Origin: Kofleriaceae bacterium
GTDB taxonomy: Bacteria > Myxococcota_A > Polyangia > Haliangiales > Haliangiaceae
Assembly (NCBI GenBank): GCA_046597055.1
Contig: JBKJLC010000045.1
Location: forward strand, 1 to 18,061
Direction of reading: 5' to 3'
Length of the DNA: 18,061 bases
Shown here: positions 7,692 through 15,711 of the stretch, piece after piece
Position numbering within the stretch: the first letter of the stretch is position 1
Layout of the letters: each line of letters begins with the position of its first letter
Notes under the pieces: generated by a model
Seen by the model: the letters and a program-made list of their open reading frames with translations, nothing else
What the model was told of the DNA's origin: nothing
Databases searched by the model: none
Position numbers and translations under genes: made by a program

Positions 7692-9947
7692 ATGTTCCGC
7701 CGCCGCTACGCCTGCGTCCGTCAGACCGACCAGTCCGACTGCGGGCCGGCCACGCTGGCCACGATCGCCCTGCACCACGGCCGCCACATCTCGCGCGAGG
7801 CCCTCCGCGACGCCGCCGGCACCGACCGCATCGGCACCAACCTGCTCGGCATGGTCCGCGCCGCCGAGGCGCTCGGCTTTTCGGCCCGCGCGGTCAAGGG
7901 TGACTGGGACGGGCTCGCCGACGCGCCGCTGCCCGCGATCTTGCACATCAAGAATGCCGAGGGACTCGGCCACTTCGTCGTCGTCCATCGTCGCGACCCG
8001 CGCGGCGTCGTGGTCGCTGATCCCGGCCGCGGCGTCGAGCGCTGGACCCGCGATCGGCTGACCGCGCGCTGGACCGGCTACGCGGTCATCGTCGCGCCGC
8101 GCGCGCTGCCAGCCACCGGGCTGGCCGAGGCGGTGCCGCCGTGGCGACGCCTGGTGACGCTGATCGCCGCCCAGCGCCGGCTGCTGGTCGAGGCCTACCT
8201 GTGCGCGGTGGTGATGACCCTGCTCGGCATCGGCTCGTCGCTGTTCGTGCAGCACCTGGTCGACACCGCGCTCGCCCGCGGCGACGCCGACCTGCTCGAC
8301 GCGTTCGGCCTCGGCATGTTGATCCTGCTCGGCTTCCGCATCCTGTTCGGCATCGGCCGCCAGTACCTGATGGCGTGGCTGGGCCGCCAGGCCGGGCTAA
8401 CGCTGATCTCGACCTACGCGCGCCACGTCCTGCGCCTGCCGATGCGGTTCTTCGAGGCCCGCCGCGTCGGCGAGATCCTGTCGCGAGTCCAGGACGCCAG
8501 CCGGGTGCGCGACGCGATCAGCGGCATGACGATGAGCGTGGTGGTCGACGCCACCATGGTCGCGATCGCGATGGCCGCGCTGTGGCTCGCCGACCCCGGG
8601 CTGGCCCTGGTCGCGTCGCTGTTCGTGCCGGTCCTGCTGGTGGCGGTGCTGATCCATCACCCGGCCGCTCGCCGGCGCTCGCGTGACGCGATGGAGCAGG
8701 GCGCGCGCCTGTCGTCGCACCTGATCGAGGACGTCTCGGGGGTCGAGACCATCAAGGACCTCGGGCTCGAGCGCACCCGCAGCGATCGCGCCGACGATCT
8801 GCTGGCCGCCTCGGCGACCAGCGCGTTCGGCCTGCAGAAGCTGGCGGTCAGCATGACCAGCCTGGCCACGCTCGCGACCGGCGCCGCGACCATCGCGATC
8901 CTCTGGTACGGCGGCGGCCGGGTCCTCGCCGGCGAGCTGTCGCTCGGCCAGCTCCTGTTCGTGCAGGCGCTGCTCGGGTACCTGCTGGCGCCGCTCGAGC
9001 GCCTGGCCGCGGTCAACCTCCAGCTCCAGGACGCGCTGGTGGCGATCGACCGGCTCTACCAGATCCTCGACCTCGCGCCCGAGCCCGAGCGCGGCGGCGC
9101 GCCGATGCCGACCCTGACCCGCGCCATCGAGCTGCGCGGCGTCACGTTTCGCTACGGCACCCGGGCCCCGGTGCTCCGGGCGATCGACCTCACCATCCCG
9201 GTCGGCCAGACCGTCGCGATCGTCGGCGAGAGCGGCTCGGGCAAGAGCACGCTGCTCAAGCTCCTCCAGCGCTTCCACGATCCGTCCGAGGGCCAGATCC
9301 TCGTCGACGGCCTCGACCTCCGCGATCTCGACCTGGCTGGCTGGCGCCGCGCCCTCGGCGTGGTGCCGCAGGAGCCGACGATCTTCTCCGGCACCCTGCG
9401 CGAGAACATCCAGGCCGGTGATCCCGGCGCCGACCCCGCCGCCGCGATGGCGGCCGTCCACGCCGCCGGCCTCGACGAGGTGATCGCGCGCCTGCCCGAG
9501 CGCTGGGACACCGTGATCGGCGAGCGCGGCGCCAACCTGTCGGGCGGCCAGCGCCAGCGCATCGCGATCGCGCGCGCGCTCCTGCGCCGCCCCCAGATCC
9601 TCGTCTTCGACGAGGCGACCAGCCACCTCGACACCACGACCGAACAGGCGATCCAGCGCAGCCTCGACGGCCTCCTCGCCGGCCGCACCGCCGTCATCGT
9701 CGCCCACCGCCTCAGCACCGTCCGCCGCGCCGATCTGATCGTGGTCATGCACGACGGCCAGATCGTCGAACAAGGCCGCCACGCCGACCTCGTCCTCCGC
9801 GGCGGCCGCTACGCCGCCCTCTGGCGCGCCCAGAGCGGCGACGACGCGATTCCGTCTCCCTCTCCCTCCCCGCTGCCGCTCGCCCTCGCCGACTCCCGCC
9901 GCCCCACCATCCCGATGTTCACCACCCTCACCGCCCGTGACGCCTGA
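7692..9947 (+). CDS. Peptidase-containing ABC transporter (C39 peptidase, ABC membrane domain, ATPase; SunT/LanT-type)
   Basis: VRQTDQSDCG (catalytic Cys), GHFVVV (His), VADPG (Asp), TM helices, GESGSGKST, LSGGQRQR, ILVFDEATS, VAHRLS. True start is ATG 7692 (MFRRRYACVRQ), not 7269. Confidence 0.96.
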   Translation: MFRRRYACVRQTDQSDCGPATLATIALHHGRHISREALRDAAGTDRIGTNLLGMVRAAEALGFSARAVKGDWDGLADAPLPAILHIKNAEGLGHFVVVHRRDPRGVVVADPGRGVERWTRDRLTARWTGYAVIVAPRALPATGLAEAVPPWRRLVTLIAAQRRLLVEAYLCAVVMTLLGIGSSLFVQHLVDTALARGDADLLDAFGLGMLILLGFRILFGIGRQYLMAWLGRQAGLTLISTYARHVLRLPMRFFEARRVGEILSRVQDASRVRDAISGMTMSVVVDATMVAIAMAALWLADPGLALVASLFVPVLLVAVLIHHPAARRRSRDAMEQGARLSSHLIEDVSGVETIKDLGLERTRSDRADDLLAASATSAFGLQKLAVSMTSLATLATGAATIAILWYGGGRVLAGELSLGQLLFVQALLGYLLAPLERLAAVNLQLQDALVAIDRLYQILDLAPEPERGGAPMPTLTRAIELRGVTFRYGTRAPVLRAIDLTIPVGQTVAIVGESGSGKSTLLKLLQRFHDPSEGQILVDGLDLRDLDLAGWRRALGVVPQEPTIFSGTLRENIQAGDPGADPAAAMAAVHAAGLDEVIARLPERWDTVIGERGANLSGGQRQRIAIARALLRRPQILVFDEATSHLDTTTEQAIQRSLDGLLAGRTAVIVAHRLSTVRRADLIVVMHDGQIVEQGRHADLVLRGGRYAALWRAQSGDDAIPSPSPSPLPLALADSRRPTIPMFTTLTARDA

Positions 9948-11200
9948 TGCCGCCCATGCCGGCCCTCCGCGACCTGTCCCCGCTCCAGTCCATGCTCACC
10001 GCACGGCCCGCCACCGCCATCCGCGGCCTGGCCGTCATCACCGCCTTGCTGGTCGCCGCCGCGCTCGCCTGGTCCGCCTGCACCGACGCGCTCTTGATCG
10101 TCCCCGGCCAGGCCCGCGTCCGTCCGCTCGCCGGCCCGGTCCGCGGCTTCCTCGACGGCAGCGGCCTCGCCGCGGTCGCGCCCCACACCGGGCGCATCGC
10201 CACGATCGCGGTCCACGACGGCCAGCGCGTCGACGCCGGCGCCGAGCTGTTCCGCCTCGACACCGACCTGCTCGATGAGCGGATCGCCCGCGCCGACGCC
10301 GAGCTCGACGGCCTCGCCCAGGAGCTGGCCGCGCTCGACCGCACCGCGCAGCTGACCGCCGCCCTGCGCGACGCCGCCGACGCCCGCCTCGGCGCCGAGC
10401 GCGCGGTCGCGAGTCACGACCGCCGCCGCGGCGTGGTCGAGCTGACCGCCGCCCGTGGCCTGGCCGAGATCGCCCTGGCCGAGGCCCGCGCCGAGGAAGC
10501 CCGGCTCGCGCACGCGGTCGAGGCCGGCGCCGCGCCGGCGATCGAGCTCGATCGCGCCCGAGCCACCCGGGCCCGCGCCGCCGAGGAGGCCGCGCGTGCG
10601 CGCGCGGTCGCCACCGGCGACCGGCGGGCGGTGATCGAGCGCCAGCGCGACGAGGCTGGTCGCCAGACCGAGCTCGAGCTGGCCCGGCTCGCGACCCGTC
10701 GCATCTCGAACCGCCGCGAGCGCCGCAGCCGCGAGCTCGAGCGTGACGCCGCCCGGCGCGACCGCGCGCGCGCCGTGGTCCGCGCCGAGGTCGCCGGTGT
10801 GGTCGCGATGGTCGGCATCGCGGCGCCCGGCGCGGTGGTGCAGGCCGGCGAGCCGGTGGTGACCCTCACGCCCGACACCGGCCTGCGGATCGACGCCGCG
10901 ATCCCCGCCCGCGAGATCGCGCGGGTCGCGGTCGGCATGCCGGCCCGCGTGATCCTCGACGGCCGCGAGCTCGGCCCGCGCCAGATCGTGCACGGCCGGA
11001 TCAGCTACGTCGGCGCCGACTCCGAGGTGGTCGCGCTCGGCGGCGGCAGCCGCGGCCACGTCTACCTGGTGTCCATCGAGATCGCCGACCAGCCCGGGCT
11101 GCGCGCCGGCATGACCGGCCGCACCGAGATCGAGCTCGGCCGTCAGTCGGTGCTCTCGCTCGCCTTCGCGCGCATCCGCCACGCGGTCGCGCTCGAGTGA
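9947..11200 (+). CDS. HlyD-family membrane fusion / periplasmic adaptor protein
   Basis: N-terminal TM helix, lipoyl half-motifs (GRIATIAVHDGQRVDAGAELFRLD; VRAEVAGVV...GAVVQAGEPVVTLTP), long Ala/Arg/Glu coiled coil, LRAGMTG. TGATG overlap with the PCAT stop. Confidence 0.92.
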   Translation: MPPMPALRDLSPLQSMLTARPATAIRGLAVITALLVAAALAWSACTDALLIVPGQARVRPLAGPVRGFLDGSGLAAVAPHTGRIATIAVHDGQRVDAGAELFRLDTDLLDERIARADAELDGLAQELAALDRTAQLTAALRDAADARLGAERAVASHDRRRGVVELTAARGLAEIALAEARAEEARLAHAVEAGAAPAIELDRARATRARAAEEAARARAVATGDRRAVIERQRDEAGRQTELELARLATRRISNRRERRSRELERDAARRDRARAVVRAEVAGVVAMVGIAAPGAVVQAGEPVVTLTPDTGLRIDAAIPAREIARVAVGMPARVILDGRELGPRQIVHGRISYVGADSEVVALGGGSRGHVYLVSIEIADQPGLRAGMTGRTEIELGRQSVLSLAFARIRHAVALE

Positions 11201-11204
11201 ACGG

Positions 11205-11265
11205 TTGCGCACCCCGGTGCGCCAGCCACGGCGCCCCGGCGCGCCACGCGCAGCTCGCTGCACAA
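11205..11265. promoter_or_regulatory. Pair of GCGCA-N6-TGCRC palindromes, candidate enhancer (UAS)
   Basis: TTGCGCA-ccccgg-TGCGCCA (11205-11224) and ACGCGCA-gctcgc-TGCACAA (11246-11265), 41 bp apart, upstream of the sigma54 promoter at 11304. Confidence 0.45.
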
Positions 11266-11303
11266 CGCCCGCGGCCAAGCACGCGAGTCGTCGCCGCCAC
11301 CGC

Positions 11304-11320
11304 CGGCATCACCGTTGCAA
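11304..11320 (+). promoter_or_regulatory. Sigma54 -24/-12 promoter of peptides 2 and 3
   Basis: CGGCATCACCGTTGCAA: GG (11305-06), N10, GC (11317-18) with canonical TTGCA. ATG 11332 is 14 nt downstream. Confidence 0.75.
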
Positions 11321-11331
11321 ACCCACGTGGC

Positions 11332-11520
11332 ATGAAGCAAACCCGTCCCCGGCTCGCGCTCCAGCGCACCACACTCCGCCAGCTGACCACCTCCGACGCG
11401 CTCGCGAACGTCGCCGGCGGCACCAGCCTCCCGTCGATCATTCGCACCGGCCAGAGCTGCACCTTCTGCGTCATGTCGCTCGGTGCCATGTGCAACGAGG
11501 ACGAGCGGCGGGCGCTGTAG
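11332..11520 (+). CDS. Double-glycine RiPP-like precursor peptide 2
   Basis: MKQTRPRLALQRTTLRQLTTSDALANVAGG|TSLPSIIRTGQSCTFCVMSLGAMCNEDERRAL. 30-aa leader with LxLxRx5L and LxxVxGG; 32-aa core with 3 Cys and 7 Ser/Thr. Confidence 0.82.
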   Translation: MKQTRPRLALQRTTLRQLTTSDALANVAGGTSLPSIIRTGQSCTFCVMSLGAMCNEDERRAL

Positions 11521-11527
11521 GACGACC

Positions 11528-11740
11528 ATGCGCAAGCTCACCTTCAGCCGCTCGACCCTGCGCCCGCTCACCCTCGGCCCGGCGGCCGCCCGCGCGATCG
11601 TCGGCGGTGCCGGCGCCGGCATCTCCGGCATCCTGCCGCCCACCGAGTACTGCTGCTACTACACCGCGACGTGTCCGCCTCCGGGCGGCGGTGGGGGCAG
11701 CGGCCCGATCGAGCCCGGTCCCACCCGCCAGCAGTACTGA
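11528..11740 (+). CDS. Double-glycine RiPP-like precursor peptide 3
   Basis: MRKLTFSRSTLRPLTLGPAAARAIVGG|AGAGISGILPPTEYCCYYTATCPPPGGGGGSGPIEPGPTRQQY. 27-aa leader with LxFxRx5L; 43-aa core with 3 Cys. AGGA SD-like motif overlaps the upstream stop. Confidence 0.8.
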   Translation: MRKLTFSRSTLRPLTLGPAAARAIVGGAGAGISGILPPTEYCCYYTATCPPPGGGGGSGPIEPGPTRQQY

Positions 11741-11831
11741 GCAACGGGCGCGTCTGCCATCGCCGGCCTTCGCCGAGGGCTGCCACCCGGGGCTCTCCCT
11801 CGACGACGCCACCGACCTCGCGGCCACGGTA

Positions 11832-11837
11832 TAGGCT
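11832..11837 (+). promoter_or_regulatory. Putative -10 box (TAGGCT), leaderless-type promoter
   Basis: TAnnnT 9 nt before ATG 11847, no SD. Confidence 0.45.
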
Positions 11838-11846
11838 GGCGGTCCG

Positions 11847-13196
11847 ATGACCCGCGCGCTCCTGCTCCTGCTCGCCGCCCTGCCGCTCGGCGCCATCATG
11901 CTGCTCGGTCCAGCGATGGCCGACACCCCGGCGCCCAGGACCACGATCGTCAAGGCGGCGCGGGTGTTCGATGGCACCAGCGATCGACTCCGCACGGGCA
12001 TCGCCGTCCTGATCGTGGACGACCGGATCCGCGCGCTGGGTCCGGTGGCCACGCTGACCGCCCAGGCCCCCGGCGCGACCGTGATCGACCTCGGCGACGC
12101 CACCCTGATGCCCGGCCTGATCGACGCCCACACGCACATCCTGATGAGCGGGGAGGGCGGCGCGCACGCCTACGACGAGCAGCTGCTCAAGCACAGCATC
12201 GCCGCGCGCGCGATCGGCGCGACCGCGCGCGCCCGCGAGGTCCTGCACGCGGGCTGGACCACGATCCGCGACGTCGAGAGCGAGGGCTCGATGTACGCCG
12301 ACGTCGATCTGCGCGACGCGATCGACCGCGGCGTCGCGCCCGGCCCGCGCATGCAGGTCGCGACCCGCGGCCTGGCCCCGACCGGCGGCTACTTGCCGTT
12401 CGGCTTCGCGTGGGACGCGGAGATCCCGACCGGGGCCCAGGTCGTCGACGGGGTCGAGCCGATCCGGCAGGCCGTGCGCGAGCAGGTGGCGCGCGGCGCC
12501 GACTGGATCAAGGTCTACGCCGACTTCGGCACCTACCTCACGACCACGCCGGCGCGCCCGCTGCGCAGCCGTCCCAACTTCACCGACGCCGAGCTGTTCG
12601 CGGTCGTCGCGGAGGCCCACCGGCTCGGCAAGAAGGTCGCGGCCCACGCGACCGGCTGGGACGCCATCGATCAGGCGCTGCGCGCCGGGGTCGACAGCAT
12701 CGAGCACGGCATCGGCCTTACCGACGATCTCGCCGCGCGCATGGTCAAGCAGCGGGTGACGCTGGTCCCGACGCTGGGCGTGTTCCGCCACGCGCTCGCC
12801 AGCGATCCGGATCCGAGCCCGAAGCTCCGCCAGCTGATCGTGCTCCACCAGGCCGGCTTCAAGCGCGCCGTCACCAAGGGGGTCGCGATCGCCAGTGGCA
12901 GCGATGCCGGCTCGTACCCGTGGAAGCAGGGGCTCGCCGGCGAGCTGCAGTGGATGGTCGCCTACGGCATGACGCCGGCGCAGGCCCTGCGGGCCGCCAC
13001 CTCGGTCGCCGGCGTCCTGCTCGAGCCGCGCTGTCCACCCGACGCGAAGGTGTGCCCGCGCGGGCAGCTCGGCGTGCTCGCGCCCGCCGCGTTCGCCGAC
13101 CTGATCGCGGTCGACGGCGATCCGCTGAAGGACGTCAAGGTGCTGGCCACGGTGCGCTTCGTGATGAAGGCCGGCGCGGTCGTGAAGGGCCCCTGA
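11847..13196 (+). CDS. Secreted metal-dependent amidohydrolase (Xaa-Pro dipeptidase/carboxypeptidase-like subgroup)
   Basis: Signal peptide ending AMA-D, PGLIDAHTH, GWTTIRD, GADWIKVYA (carboxylated Lys position), VAAHA, SIEHG, GSDAG, ADLIAVDGDPL. Confidence 0.93.
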   Translation: MTRALLLLLAALPLGAIMLLGPAMADTPAPRTTIVKAARVFDGTSDRLRTGIAVLIVDDRIRALGPVATLTAQAPGATVIDLGDATLMPGLIDAHTHILMSGEGGAHAYDEQLLKHSIAARAIGATARAREVLHAGWTTIRDVESEGSMYADVDLRDAIDRGVAPGPRMQVATRGLAPTGGYLPFGFAWDAEIPTGAQVVDGVEPIRQAVREQVARGADWIKVYADFGTYLTTTPARPLRSRPNFTDAELFAVVAEAHRLGKKVAAHATGWDAIDQALRAGVDSIEHGIGLTDDLAARMVKQRVTLVPTLGVFRHALASDPDPSPKLRQLIVLHQAGFKRAVTKGVAIASGSDAGSYPWKQGLAGELQWMVAYGMTPAQALRAATSVAGVLLEPRCPPDAKVCPRGQLGVLAPAAFADLIAVDGDPLKDVKVLATVRFVMKAGAVVKGP

Positions 13197-13319
13197 TCAC
13201 CCGCCCGCGATCGGTCCGGTTCACCCGGTCGCGGCCGGGCCGTCCCCGTCAGCCGATGACGGCGGGTCACGTCGCGCCGCTCGGGCTGAACGCACCTCGA
13301 CATCGGCTCCCGACCCCGG

Positions 13320-13325
13320 TAGCGT
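13320..13325 (+). promoter_or_regulatory. Putative -10 box (TAGCGT), leaderless-type promoter
   Basis: TAnnnT 8 nt before ATG 13334, no SD. Confidence 0.4.
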
Positions 13326-13333
13326 CACCCGCG

Positions 13334-15595
13334 ATGCACCGACGCTGCTGGGCTGCGCTCTGGATCACCGTGGCAGCGCTGGTGGCGGGCTGCGACCGCG
13401 AGGTCGAACGGCCGGCGCCGCCCGCCAACGACGGCATCTATAGCTTCGCGGGCGGCTGCTACGCGATGGACGCGACCTCGCCCGGCAGCAGCAACACGCG
13501 GTGGATGGCGCCGGCCCAGGACGGCGCGGCCTTCGCGTTCTGCGCGACCGAGGTCGAAGCCGGCGCGCGCTTCTACCTGAAGGCGTCGGACCTCGGCACC
13601 TACCTGTTCTACGACGACGACGGCCGCTACCTGGTCGCCGAGGCTGACGCGCTGACGCGCGAGGCCACGCTGTCGTCGGACATCCTCCTGATCGACGACA
13701 GCTACGTGTCGCCGGCCGAGTGGCAGCTCGAGGTCAGCGCCCACGACCCCGAGCGCTTCCAGCTCCGCCACTACCAGTCCGAGCGCTACCTCACGACCAG
13801 CGGGCTCACCGACGACGTCGCCAGCGCCGCCGTGATCGCGCTGTACCCGACCACCGGCTGCGCCGCGTTCCCCGAGCTGACCGTCGATTCCGAGGGCGCG
13901 GTCGAGCCGCGGACCTGGGCCGACGGCGCGGTCTACGGCTTCGTCGAGACCCACGCCCACCTGTTCACCAACTTCGGCTTCGGCGGCGGTGGCATCTTTC
14001 ACGGCGCGCCGTTCCACCGGCTGGGCGTCGAGCACGCGCTGTCCAGCTGCGCGCGGTTCCACGGCGATGATGGCCGGCGCGACCTGGTTGGCTACGCGTT
14101 CTCCGGGCTCGGCTCGCTCGACACCACCGCGCTGCTGTCGGTCTTCATCAGCGGCATGGCGCCGGCGTTCGATCACCATCCCGAGGGCTATCCGGAGTTC
14201 ACCGACTGGCCGAACACCTGGAAGCGCGCCACCCACCAGACCCAGTACTACCGCTGGATCGAGCGGGCCTATCGCGGCGGCCTGCGCCTGCTGGTCCAGC
14301 ACGCGACCACCAACCAGGTGCTGTGCGAGCTGGTCGTCGGCCTGGGCGCGCAGCGGGTCCGCTACTCGTGCAACGACATGGTCGCGGTCGATCGCTCCAT
14401 CGAGGAGACCTACAACCTCGAGCGCTACATCGACGCCCAGGCGGGCGGCCCCGGCCGGGGCTGGTTCCGGGTGGTGACCAGCCCGGCCCAGGCCCGGGCC
14501 GTGATCGAGCAGGGCAAGCTCGCCGTCATCCTCGGGATCGAGACCTCGAACCTGTTCAACTGCCTCCTCACCCCGTCGGCCGCCCACCCGGCCTGCGATG
14601 CCGCCAAGCTCCGCGCCGACCTCGACGCCTACTACGCCCGCGGCGTGCGCGCGCTGTTCCCGGTCCACAAGTTCGACAACGGCTTCTCGGCTGGCGACGG
14701 CGATCGCAACGTCGGCCAGCTCGGCAGCTTCGTGAACAGCGGCCACTACTCGAACTTCGTCACCGACTGTCCCGACGCGCCGTCGTCGTTCGATCGCGGC
14801 CCGGTGACGTTCGGCGGCCTCAACCGCCCGCGCGCCAGCTACCTGGCGCCGGCGCCCAACGACATGAGCGGCTTCGGGTTCGATCCGCTTGCCACGCTGG
14901 CGCCGCACCTGGGGGCGCTGCAGGAGCCGGCGCTGCCGGGCGACCACTGCCAGAACACGGGGCTGACCGAGCTGGGCGAGACGCTGCTCCAGGAGATGAT
15001 GCAGCGCGGGATGATCGTCGAGGTCGATCACCTGCCGCGCCGCTCGTTCGTGCGCGCCTACGAGCTGCTGACCGCGAACGACTATCCGGCCGCCGGCACC
15101 CACGGCAACAGCAACAACGGCCAGATCTATCGCCTGGGCGGCATCTCCAAGATGAACCTCGGGCGCTGCGCAGCTCCCGACCGCACCGGCGCGATGGGCG
15201 ACGGCCTGCGCAGCCGGGTCGCCGAGATCGTCGCGAACGGCGGCTATCCCGCGATCGGCTTCGGCTTCGACCTCAACGGCTTCGCCGGCGGACCGCGGCC
15301 CCGGTTCGGGCCCGACAGCGAGTGCGGCGACGTCCCGCAGTCCAACCCGATCACCTATCCGTTCCAGTCGGTCGCCGGCGACGTCACGTTCACCGAGCCC
15401 CACCTCGGCAACCGCACGGTCGACTTCAACACCGAGGGCATGCTCCACCTCGGGCTCCTGCCCGAGCTGCTCGAGGACGCCCGCCGCGACGGGGTCACCG
15501 ACGCCGACCTCGAGCCGCTGTTCCGCTCGGCCGAGGGCTATCTCCGCATGTGGGAGAGGGCCGAAGCCCGCGCGACCGCGCTGCGCCGCCGGTAG
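13334..15595 (+). CDS. Lipoprotein with membrane dipeptidase (M19)-like amidohydrolase domain
   Basis: Lipobox LVAG-C (Cys20), beta-rich N-terminal domain, then GFVETHAH, VILGIETS, PVHKFDN, GLTELGETLLQEMMQRGMIVEVDH, IGFGFDLNG, HLGLLPELLED. The ORF extension to 12410 is a shadow of the upstream gene. Confidence 0.85.
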   Translation: MHRRCWAALWITVAALVAGCDREVERPAPPANDGIYSFAGGCYAMDATSPGSSNTRWMAPAQDGAAFAFCATEVEAGARFYLKASDLGTYLFYDDDGRYLVAEADALTREATLSSDILLIDDSYVSPAEWQLEVSAHDPERFQLRHYQSERYLTTSGLTDDVASAAVIALYPTTGCAAFPELTVDSEGAVEPRTWADGAVYGFVETHAHLFTNFGFGGGGIFHGAPFHRLGVEHALSSCARFHGDDGRRDLVGYAFSGLGSLDTTALLSVFISGMAPAFDHHPEGYPEFTDWPNTWKRATHQTQYYRWIERAYRGGLRLLVQHATTNQVLCELVVGLGAQRVRYSCNDMVAVDRSIEETYNLERYIDAQAGGPGRGWFRVVTSPAQARAVIEQGKLAVILGIETSNLFNCLLTPSAAHPACDAAKLRADLDAYYARGVRALFPVHKFDNGFSAGDGDRNVGQLGSFVNSGHYSNFVTDCPDAPSSFDRGPVTFGGLNRPRASYLAPAPNDMSGFGFDPLATLAPHLGALQEPALPGDHCQNTGLTELGETLLQEMMQRGMIVEVDHLPRRSFVRAYELLTANDYPAAGTHGNSNNGQIYRLGGISKMNLGRCAAPDRTGAMGDGLRSRVAEIVANGGYPAIGFGFDLNGFAGGPRPRFGPDSECGDVPQSNPITYPFQSVAGDVTFTEPHLGNRTVDFNTEGMLHLGLLPELLEDARRDGVTDADLEPLFRSAEGYLRMWERAEARATALRRR

Positions 15596-15699
15596 CCGCC
15601 GCCGCGCACGGCTCGGGCGTCTCGCGGACCCAGTCCCAGAATCGCTCGTCGACGGCCATCGACCCCGCCTGCGCCATCGCGACCGCTGGGCCACCGCGC

Positions 15700-15705
15700 T
15701 ATAAG
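15700..15705 (+). promoter_or_regulatory. Putative -10 box (TATAAG), leaderless-type promoter
   Basis: AT-rich hexamer 6 nt before GTG 15712, no SD. Confidence 0.4.
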
Positions 15706-15711
15706 CCGGCC

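Noticed and set aside
9852..9875. (TCTCCC)-like repeat encoding PSPSPSP in the PCAT tail
   Set aside because: Short low-complexity linker after the ATPase domain with no sign of function.
12410..13333. N-terminal extension of the M19-like ORF (and 14323-15711 of the SDR ORF)
   Set aside because: Off-frame overlap with the upstream genes. The lipoprotein signal (13334) and the Rossmann motif (15712) define the real starts.
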